Part shown: piece by piece, positions 1-6,361 of the stretch | Layout of the letters: every line of letters begins with the position of its first letter | How positions within the stretch are numbered: position 1 is the stretch's first letter | Source: an uncultured Methanosarcinales archaeon | Lineage (GTDB): Archaea > Nanobdellota > Nanobdellia > Woesearchaeales > ARS49 | Direction: 5' to 3' | DNA length: 26,052 nt | NCBI GenBank assembly: GCA_964571335.1 | Contig: CAZNAM010000001.1 | Coordinates: 1 to 26,052, forward strand | Notes under the pieces: generated by a model | The model's input: only the letters and a program-made list of their open reading frames with translations | The model's database searches: none | What the model was told of the DNA's origin: nothing | Made by a program: the position numbers and the translations under genes

Positions 1-244
1 GTGGATGATATTTTCCTAAAACTTCTCCTACAATTCTTGCACTTTTTTTGAATGGTTTGTTATGATGCATGCCCATATCATTCATGGCATATAATATTCT
101 TCTATGGACTGGTTTTAAACCATCTGTTGCCCAAGGTAGTGCTCTGCCAACTATGACAGACATAGAATAAGCCAGATAACTCTGCTTCATTTCTTGGTCT
201 ATTATTTTTCTTATTACTCTGTCTGTTACTTTTTGCCCTTCCAT
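1..244 (-). CDS. gyrA: DNA gyrase subunit A, N-terminal 81 codons (continues beyond window start)
   Basis: Manual translation from ATG at 244: [81 protein letters not shown]. This matches the GyrA/ParC N-terminal signature ([15 protein letters not shown]...[14 protein letters not shown]...[16 protein letters not shown]). Not in the ORF track. ParC cannot be formally excluded from this fragment. Confidence 0.93.
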   Translation of the reverse strand, partial: MEGQKVTDRVIRKIIDQEMKQSYLAYSMSVIVGRALPWATDGLKPVHRRILYAMNDMGMHHNKPFKKSARIVGEVLGKYHP

Positions 245-263
245 AGTGTTGCTAATCAAGGTT

Positions 264-407
264 TTATTTTAAAATGTTTCCTAAAACTGTAAAAGAACGT
301 CCACAATAAACACATTTTTTGCTTTTTCCCTTTAAAAAGGGTGTTTGTGATTGATATTTCATGTTTTGCTTGCATTTTGGGCATTTTAGAAGTAATTGTT
401 TATTCAT
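264..407 (-). CDS. Small zinc-ribbon protein, 47 aa (CPKC-x19-CVYC)
   Basis: Manual translation: [47 protein letters not shown]. The ATG (407-405) overlaps the scpB TGA stop (ATGA coupling). It is below the ORF track length cut-off. Confidence 0.85.
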   Translation of the reverse strand: MNKQLLLKCPKCKQNMKYQSQTPFLKGKSKKCVYCGRSFTVLGNILK

Positions 408-1186
408 TTTTTCTTTGCCTTTTTTAAACCTAACAATTCTTTGACTTTTTCATCAACTTTCCTTTCTTGTTCTGGAGTTATTTCCATTCGGGGTTCTTCT
501 TTTTTTTCATTTTCTTTTTTTAGTTTATGTTTTTCTTTTTCCAATTTTTCCTTTTCATCAGAATATACTTTTAATCCTTCAACCTCTTCATTATATGGTT
601 TTAGTTCTTCTGAAAGTTGAGGTTTTGTTTCTTTTTGGACTTCGTAAACTTTTATTTCTTCTTTGCTTATTGCTTTTTCTTCATCAACTATTGTTTTAAA
701 TGCTTCTTTTACTTGTCTTGGATCTAAATTAAAATAATCGTAAAATTTTGGTGTTAATCTGATTAATTTTGTTCTTCCTTTTTTTTCTCTTGATAAAAAT
801 CCTTGTTTTTCCAATATGCTTATATGATCATATCCTTTGTTTGTCCTTATCCTTATTATTTCACTTTGCAATACAGGAGCTTTATATGCAATAACTGCTA
901 GTGTTTCTATTATTGTTTTTGGCATTTCTGTTTTTGATACTAATTTCTTTATTACAGGTATATACTGATCTTTTACTGTTAATTGCCAGCCCAGATTATC
1001 TTCTATTAGAATTATACTGCTTCCTTTTTCTTCAAGTTCTTTTTTTTGTTCTCTCAAACATTTTAATATATCTTCTTCAGTTCCTCTTGTTAATTTAATT
1101 AGTTCTTGTATGCTAATTTTTCTTGCTGCTGAGAATAATATAGATTCTATTTTATGTTTGAGATGTAATAGAGTATTTTCCTGCAT
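404..1186 (-). CDS. scpB: SMC-Scp complex subunit ScpB (segregation and condensation protein B) with charged C-terminal tail
   Basis: KIESILFSA...GWQLTVK...IETLAVIAYKAPVLQSEIIRIRTNKGYDHI..L...GFL.REKKGRTKLIRLTPKFYDYFNL are typical ScpB tandem winged-helix motifs. Confidence 0.93.
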   Translation of the reverse strand: MQENTLLHLKHKIESILFSAARKISIQELIKLTRGTEEDILKCLREQKKELEEKGSSIILIEDNLGWQLTVKDQYIPVIKKLVSKTEMPKTIIETLAVIAYKAPVLQSEIIRIRTNKGYDHISILEKQGFLSREKKGRTKLIRLTPKFYDYFNLDPRQVKEAFKTIVDEEKAISKEEIKVYEVQKETKPQLSEELKPYNEEVEGLKVYSDEKEKLEKEKHKLKKENEKKEEPRMEITPEQERKVDEKVKELLGLKKAKKK

Positions 1187-1715
1187 CTTCCTTTATCAGC
1201 TCTTTTTTAATCATAACATCAAGGAATGCTTTTATTTCTTTTGGTTCTATACCTACAAATCTGCTTATTTCTTCAGGTGTTTTTTCTCCTTCTTTTAAAA
1301 TATAATAAACAAAATTGTGTAGAATATTGATTGCATTCATATCTAATAACTGTTTTTGAACACTGGCATCTTTTATTAGTGCATCTGCTTGATGTATTTT
1401 TGCTAGTAAATCATTTAAGAATCCTGTTAAAATGTTTGCATCAAAATTTAATTTTTCAGGACTTAATATCTCTATTGAACTTGGCATGCTGTCAAAACAA
1501 AAAGCAAGTAATTCATCCATATCATTAAAATCTATTTCTATTTCAGCAAATGTTGAAAAGAATTTTCCTTGTTCTATAGGTTCTGCATATTCTATATGTT
1601 TTATTTTCTTATTTTCTTGTTGTAATTTTGCTATATATTCCTTTAAGGTATTTATTATGTGCTCTTTTGGAGCTCCTAACATTTCAATTATCGCTCTGGT
1701 TTCAATTTTATCCAT
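1152..1715 (-). CDS. Hypothetical protein, 187 aa, with probable C-terminal winged helix
   Basis: Long ORF with a TATA element (TATATAAA, 1745-1738) 22 nt upstream. The C-terminus ILKEGEKTPEEISRFVGIEPKEIKAFLDVMIKKELIKEDAGKY has a wHTH pattern. It overlaps the annotated scpB start by 35 nt. Confidence 0.8.
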   Translation of the reverse strand: MDKIETRAIIEMLGAPKEHIINTLKEYIAKLQQENKKIKHIEYAEPIEQGKFFSTFAEIEIDFNDMDELLAFCFDSMPSSIEILSPEKLNFDANILTGFLNDLLAKIHQADALIKDASVQKQLLDMNAINILHNFVYYILKEGEKTPEEISRFVGIEPKEIKAFLDVMIKKELIKEDAGKYSITSQT

Positions 1716-1849
1716 TTTTTAAGTTATTACTGCTTGTTTTATATATTTTTTTATTTCTTCTTTAAATACCTTATATACTGCAAAACAACATTAACCATTA
1801 TTGAATAGTCATAAAAGTTTTTAATGTGGTTTTTATTTAAAAAAGTATT

Positions 1850-2374
1850 ATGGGGTTGGATTTTTTAAAGAAGAAAAAGAATAGTGAAGAGCATTTACCT
1901 ATGCCTCCTCCACCTATTCCTAAACCTAAGAACTTTGTAGGAGATATTGAAGAAATTAGACCTAAAAAATCTGGAAAAGAGATTTTAGAGCAAGATTTAT
2001 CAATTCCCGAAATTAGTATGGATTCTTCTATTCCTGAAGAGCCAGAAACTTTTGAACAGCCTAATTCTGCAAAAATGACTTTTAGAGAGCATAAACCTGT
2101 TTATTTTGATGAACCAAATGATTTTCAAGAAGAAGCTCAAAGAAAAGATATTAAAAAAGGTCCTTTATTTATTTCAGTTAATGATTATGAAAAAATTGAG
2201 TTAGATATTAATAGCATGAAAAATCTTCTTGATGATGCTGAAAATAACATTCAAGAAATGAATGATGTTGTTTCTTCTGAAAATGATTTTTTAGATAAAT
2301 GGAGAGCATATTTAGAAGGTATTGAAAAAAAATTAAGTTTTGTTGATAAAATTATAGAAAACTCAGGGGAATAA
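1850..2374 (+). CDS. Hypothetical protein: basic/hydrophobic N-terminus, Pro-rich and acidic linker, C-terminal strand+coiled-coil domain
   Basis: 174-aa ORF with TATA-like TTTTTAAT at 1818-1825. The C-terminal ~65 aa align without gaps to the next gene's product. Confidence 0.85.
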   Translation: MGLDFLKKKKNSEEHLPMPPPPIPKPKNFVGDIEEIRPKKSGKEILEQDLSIPEISMDSSIPEEPETFEQPNSAKMTFREHKPVYFDEPNDFQEEAQRKDIKKGPLFISVNDYEKIELDINSMKNLLDDAENNIQEMNDVVSSENDFLDKWRAYLEGIEKKLSFVDKIIENSGE

Positions 2375-2376
2375 AA

Positions 2377-2598
2377 ATGGAAGATAAATCTAAGATTTTT
2401 GTTAAAATACAGGATCACAAGGATATCACTGACATTTTAAGTCTTTTAAAAGACAAAATAAGTCAGGCAAAAGATGTTTTAAATAAAATCAAAAATATTA
2501 AAGAAAAAGAAGAGTCTTGTGTTGCAAGGTGGGAACATAATATTTCTGAAGTTGAAGAAAAAATCAGCAACATAAATAGTTCCTTAAATAATTTATAA
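2377..2598 (+). CDS. Small coiled-coil protein (73 aa), paralog of the upstream gene's C-terminal domain
   Basis: IFVKIQDHKDI...W...EVEEKIS aligns with LFISVNDYEKI...W...GIEKKLS. It starts 2 nt after the upstream stop. Confidence 0.85.
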   Translation: MEDKSKIFVKIQDHKDITDILSLLKDKISQAKDVLNKIKNIKEKEESCVARWEHNISEVEEKISNINSSLNNL

Positions 2599-2599
2599 A

Positions 2600-2938
2600 A
2601 TGGATGATTTTTATGTTTGTATTGATGAACCTTCTGAAAAAAGAAGAGTTCTTTTGCAGTCTTCTAGAGATTTAATTACTTCTTTAAGGATGGTTGATGA
2701 TTTTATTGATTTTAAAATGCAAAAAAGAGATTTATTTAATGAGTTAAAATATATAATGGATGAAATTATTGTTTTAAACAATAAAATTTTCGGAAAACTT
2801 CCTGATTCTTCTGTTCAAGTCTCTTCTCAAATAACTAGAAACCCTTCTCAATTAAGATTTTATTCTAAAAGATCTAAATTAGATATTCTTGAAAGTGAAC
2901 TTGCAGATATTGAAAATAAGCTGAATTCTTTGGAATAA
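2600..2938 (+). CDS. Hypothetical coiled-coil protein (112 aa)
   Basis: Starts 1 nt after the previous stop. It has an FYVCIDEP strand followed by long amphipathic helices, ending in SKLDILESELADIENKLNSLE. Confidence 0.82.
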   Translation: MDDFYVCIDEPSEKRRVLLQSSRDLITSLRMVDDFIDFKMQKRDLFNELKYIMDEIIVLNNKIFGKLPDSSVQVSSQITRNPSQLRFYSKRSKLDILESELADIENKLNSLE

Positions 2939-2956
2939 TTTCATTTAAGAAAAATA

Positions 2957-3064
2957 TGCGGGAGGCAGGATTCGGACCTGCGAAGGCACTAAGCCACATG
3001 GTTTCTTACAGCTTAAGACAAGATGTCTTGAGCCATGCCCATTTGACCACTCTGGTACTCCCGC
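2957..3064 (-). tRNA. tRNA-Leu(CAA) with a 24-nt intron at canonical position 37/38; CCA not encoded
   Basis: Minus strand: acceptor GCGGGAG/CTCCCGC+A, D-arm CCA-GAGTGGTCAAA-TGG, anticodon stem CATGG/CCATG with loop CT-CAA-G|A, long variable arm GGC-TTAGT-GCC, T-arm GCAGG-TCCGAAT-CCTGC. The spliced length is 84 nt. Confidence 0.95.
3003..3026 (-). other. tRNA intron with bulge-helix-bulge (BHB) splice motif
   Basis: Intron ACATCTTGTCTTAAGCTGTAAGAA. The central helix pairs CUCA with UAAG (one C-A mismatch). The 3-nt bulges are AG|A and AA|A, and the intron hairpin is CA-t-CTT/AAG-c-TG. Confidence 0.88.
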
Positions 3065-3088
3065 GAGTAAAATACAAAAAAAAGAGAT

Positions 3089-3105
3089 CATATATAAATG
3101 CTTTT
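3089..3105 (-). promoter_or_regulatory. TATA box/BRE of the tRNA-Leu gene
   Basis: Minus-strand AAAGCA-TTTATATATG, with the TATA run ending 24-26 nt upstream of tRNA G1. Confidence 0.75.
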
Positions 3106-3125
3106 CTTAAAAAATCACAAAACAT

Positions 3126-3133
3126 TTTTATAA
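3126..3133 (+). promoter_or_regulatory. TATA box of rnj (leaderless transcript predicted)
   Basis: TTTTATAA preceded by an A-rich BRE-like run. Exactly 23 nt separate it from the ATG at 3157. Confidence 0.7.
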
Positions 3134-3156
3134 CCCCCTCTTGATTTCTTATCCTT

Positions 3157-4497
3157 ATGACAATTACTTTTCGTGCAGTTGGTGGTTTTGGAGAGATTGG
3201 TAGAAATATGTGTGCTGTTAAGATAAATGATAATGTTTTTATTTTTGATATGGGACTGCACCTTCAGAATTATATTGAGATTACAGAACAGGAAAGAGAA
3301 CAGTTTGTTCCTCTTTCAGAATCTTTGCTTAAAAAAAATGATGCTATTCCTCAGGATGATATTATTTCTGATTGGTTGCCTAATGTCAGAGCAATATTGA
3401 CAACTCATGCACACTTAGATCATATGGGTGCCATCCCTTGGTTAGCTCATAAATATAATGCTCCTGTTATTTGTTCTCCTTTTTCTGCTCACATTCTTAA
3501 GAGCATCATTAGAGAGGATGAGCTTGAATTTGAAAATAGAATTATTGAATTAAAACCTTCTAAAAAAATGAAGATAGCTAAAGATGTTTCAATTGAATTT
3601 GTCAGGACAACTCATAGCACACCTCAAGCAGTTATTATTGTACTTCATACTTCTGAAGGAATAATAATGTATGGCAATGATTTTCGTCTTGATAAAAATC
3701 CCACTTTAGGAAAAGCTCCTGATTTTTCAAGATTAAAAGCATTAGGTAAAAAAGGTGTTAAACTTTTGATTGAAGATTGTTTATATTCTTGTAAGCAGGG
3801 ACATACCGGCACTGAAAAAGATGTGAAAGAAAAACTTAAGAATATTTTATTTACAGAAGGTAAAAAAAATAAAGGTTTGATTGTTACAACTTTTGGAAGT
3901 CATATTGAAAGATTGCATAATATTTCTATTATTGGTAAAAAATTAGGTAGAAAAGTTTTTTTTCTTGGTAGAAGTCTTGCAAGATATTGTTTTGCTGCTC
4001 AGGATTGTAAAATCACTAAATTTGATGGAGTTTCTATTTCAAAATTTGCTAAGCAGAGCAGACGATATCTTAGACAGATAAATAAAAGAGGTAAAGAAAA
4101 CTGTTTGCTTGTTGTTACAGGACATCAAGGTGAACCTAAAGCAAGTCTTTCAAAAATGGTTGATGGTTTGCTTCCTTATAAATTCAGCAACAAAGATGTT
4201 GTTGTTTTCAGTTCTAGTATAATTCCTGTTAAAGATAATGAAGAAAACAGAGCAATTTTAGAAAAAAAATTATTAGAGAAAGGAGTTTGTATTTATGATA
4301 ATGTTCACATTTCAGGTCATTGTTTTAAAGAAGATGTTATTGAATTCTTGAATTTGGTTAAACCACAAAATTTCATTCCTGCACATGGAACTAAAGAAAA
4401 AACAGATTGCATGATTTCTTTGATTAAAGAAAATAATATTCTTGATAAAAAGAAAGTTTATGTTGTTGTAAATGGTGATTCTGTAACTATAGATTAG
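3157..4497 (+). CDS. rnj: Ribonuclease J (metallo-beta-lactamase / beta-CASP)
   Basis: AVGGFGEIGRNM, THAHLDHMGAIP (HxHxDH), THSTP, NDFRLD, VTTFGSHIER, TGHQGEP, VFSSSIIP, HISGH and PAHG motifs. Confidence 0.93.
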   Translation: MTITFRAVGGFGEIGRNMCAVKINDNVFIFDMGLHLQNYIEITEQEREQFVPLSESLLKKNDAIPQDDIISDWLPNVRAILTTHAHLDHMGAIPWLAHKYNAPVICSPFSAHILKSIIREDELEFENRIIELKPSKKMKIAKDVSIEFVRTTHSTPQAVIIVLHTSEGIIMYGNDFRLDKNPTLGKAPDFSRLKALGKKGVKLLIEDCLYSCKQGHTGTEKDVKEKLKNILFTEGKKNKGLIVTTFGSHIERLHNISIIGKKLGRKVFFLGRSLARYCFAAQDCKITKFDGVSISKFAKQSRRYLRQINKRGKENCLLVVTGHQGEPKASLSKMVDGLLPYKFSNKDVVVFSSSIIPVKDNEENRAILEKKLLEKGVCIYDNVHISGHCFKEDVIEFLNLVKPQNFIPAHGTKEKTDCMISLIKENNILDKKKVYVVVNGDSVTID

Positions 4498-4553
4498 AAA
4501 TACAAAAACTTTTTAAATAAGATACACCTTCACGACTTTAAGGGGGAAACAAA

Positions 4554-5300
4554 ATGAGGTTAGTTTTAGCAGAACCAGGATATTTAAAGGACAGTATTTC
4601 AATACTCTCAGATTTAGTTAATGAAGCTAGATTTAAAATCACAAAAGAAGGTCTAGAATGTATTGCAATGGACCCAGCAAATGTTGCAATGGTCATTTTC
4701 AAGCTTTTAGCAAGTAATTTTGTTGAATATCAAGTTGATTCCAATCAAGAAATTGGCATAAATCTCGCAAATTTCAAGCAAGTTCTTAGAAGAGCGAATT
4801 CTTCAGACATTCTTACTTTAGAAGTTACTGAAGAAAATAAGCTTAAGATTCAGCTTAAATCTGCAACTACAAGAACTTTTAGTCTTCCTTTAATAGAATT
4901 AGAAGATAATGAGCAAAAAATTCCTAATCTTGAATTTCCAGTAATTATTAAATTAAAAAATGCTGTTTTAAGTGATGCTATCACTGATGCAGATATTGTT
5001 GCAGAGAGTGTTACTTTTAATTGTGAACCTGAAAAATTCAGCATCATGGCAGAAGGTGATTTAAGTAAAGCGCATATTGAAATTAAAAAGGATGAAAATA
5101 CTCATATTTCTTCTCAAACATCTGCAAGTATCAAATCTAAGTATTCTATTGAATATTTGAAAAAAATGATGCAGGGTGGAAAAGTTTCTGAAGATGTTGA
5201 AGTTAAATTTAATCAGGATTATCCTCTAAGATTGGATTACAAGGTTACAGATAAAGTTTTATTGAGTTTTATTCTTGCGCCTAGAGTTGAGAATGATTAA
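4554..5300 (+). CDS. pcn: Proliferating cell nuclear antigen (DNA polymerase sliding clamp)
   Basis: AMDPANVAM, SKYSIEYLKKM, DYPLRLDY and FILAPRVE motifs, 248 aa. SD-like AGGGGG at 4541-4546 and TTTAAATA at 4512-4519. Confidence 0.98.
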   Translation: MRLVLAEPGYLKDSISILSDLVNEARFKITKEGLECIAMDPANVAMVIFKLLASNFVEYQVDSNQEIGINLANFKQVLRRANSSDILTLEVTEENKLKIQLKSATTRTFSLPLIELEDNEQKIPNLEFPVIIKLKNAVLSDAITDADIVAESVTFNCEPEKFSIMAEGDLSKAHIEIKKDENTHISSQTSASIKSKYSIEYLKKMMQGGKVSEDVEVKFNQDYPLRLDYKVTDKVLLSFILAPRVEND

Positions 5301-5301
5301 G

Positions 5302-5799
5302 ATGATAAAAGAACTTCCTCTTTTAGATTATTATAAAAATATGGAGTTAGATTGGTCTATAAATGACACTAGTTTAGTTGAAATTTTAGACCGGATAAAA
5401 AAAGATGAAATTGTGAAAGTTAGATTAAATAAAAGTTTGACAGAAGTTTGGAGTTTTACTGATAGAATTTGGAGAGAAAATTATAAATATTCTGATTTAA
5501 AAGAGCAAGGCAGATACAATGACCTTGAATTTGATGAAGTTTTTGTAATGCCTGTTTTTCATGAATTGAAAAAAGTTTCTTTTAAACTCCCAATATCCAT
5601 TAAAGAAAGTGCAGAGGGCAGGGTTTATGGAGTTGCATTTCGAAATCAAGATGCAGAACAAGATGTTTTACGTAGTGAAATTTTGTTAGGATTTCCTTTT
5701 GAAAATTATAAAAAACTCTTAGTGCCTGTGGTTTTTGCAGACATGCCTGGAAATGAAAATGAAGTGACTGTAGAAGACCTTTGCATCTATGTTGATTAA
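5302..5799 (+). CDS. Hypothetical protein (~165 aa)
   Basis: Open frame directly after pcn. The ATG at 5302 (1 nt after the pcn stop) is preferred over the track start at 5275. I recognise no family. Confidence 0.7.
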   Translation: MIKELPLLDYYKNMELDWSINDTSLVEILDRIKKDEIVKVRLNKSLTEVWSFTDRIWRENYKYSDLKEQGRYNDLEFDEVFVMPVFHELKKVSFKLPISIKESAEGRVYGVAFRNQDAEQDVLRSEILLGFPFENYKKLLVPVVFADMPGNENEVTVEDLCIYVD

Positions 5800-5839
5800 A
5801 ACCAAACTATTTTTTTAAAGATGAAAAAAATATAAATCA

Positions 5840-6358
5840 TTATTTGTTTCCGTAATAAAACATCTTCTGTATATCAACATCAGCTGAAGAATACTTTCCG
5901 CTTCTTGGCATGTCTTTTTTCTCTTCTTTTGTCTGCAAGTTTGCCTGCACTTCTTTTTCTTGTGTTTTAGTATCAAAACTTATTGGAGAACTAAATGCTT
6001 TTTTTTTCAGTTGTTCTATTTCTTGTTTTAAATTTTCTATTTTATTGTTCAAAAGATTTATTGTGCTTCTTTGTATGTCCATTTCTCGTATTAATTTTTT
6101 TTCTGCAATATCAAGCATTAATTCAAATTTTCTGTCATTCATCTCTCTTATTTCTCTATTTTCTTCTTGTGATATTTCTGGAATGATTTTTTCTTCAAAA
6201 ACCTCTGAAATTTTTTCTTCTTGAACAGGCTTTTTTTTTATTTTTTCTTCATAGAATTGTTCAGCTAATCTTGCAGCATCGTCACTTGTTTTAGCAAAGT
6301 TATGTTTTTTTAATTCACTTGCCAATGCATTTATTTTTTGTAGTTTTCCAAGCTCCAT
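5840..6358 (-). CDS. Hypothetical protein with central coiled coil and aromatic C-terminal motif
   Basis: 172-aa ORF starting 3 nt after the upstream gene's stop. It ends in PRSGKYSSADVDIQKMFYYGNK. Confidence 0.82.
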   Translation of the reverse strand: MELGKLQKINALASELKKHNFAKTSDDAARLAEQFYEEKIKKKPVQEEKISEVFEEKIIPEISQEENREIREMNDRKFELMLDIAEKKLIREMDIQRSTINLLNNKIENLKQEIEQLKKKAFSSPISFDTKTQEKEVQANLQTKEEKKDMPRSGKYSSADVDIQKMFYYGNK

Positions 6359-6361
6359 TTT

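Noticed and set aside
1152-1715. Gene upstream of scpB as scpA (kleisin)
   Set aside because: It has no ScpA N-terminal signature (DPWDIDI-like) and is short. Only a generic wHTH-like C-terminus is shared.
2956-3144. 62-aa + strand ORF in the track (MREAGFGPAKALS...)
   Set aside because: It is the antisense reading of the tRNA-Leu gene and its promoter, a typical shadow ORF.
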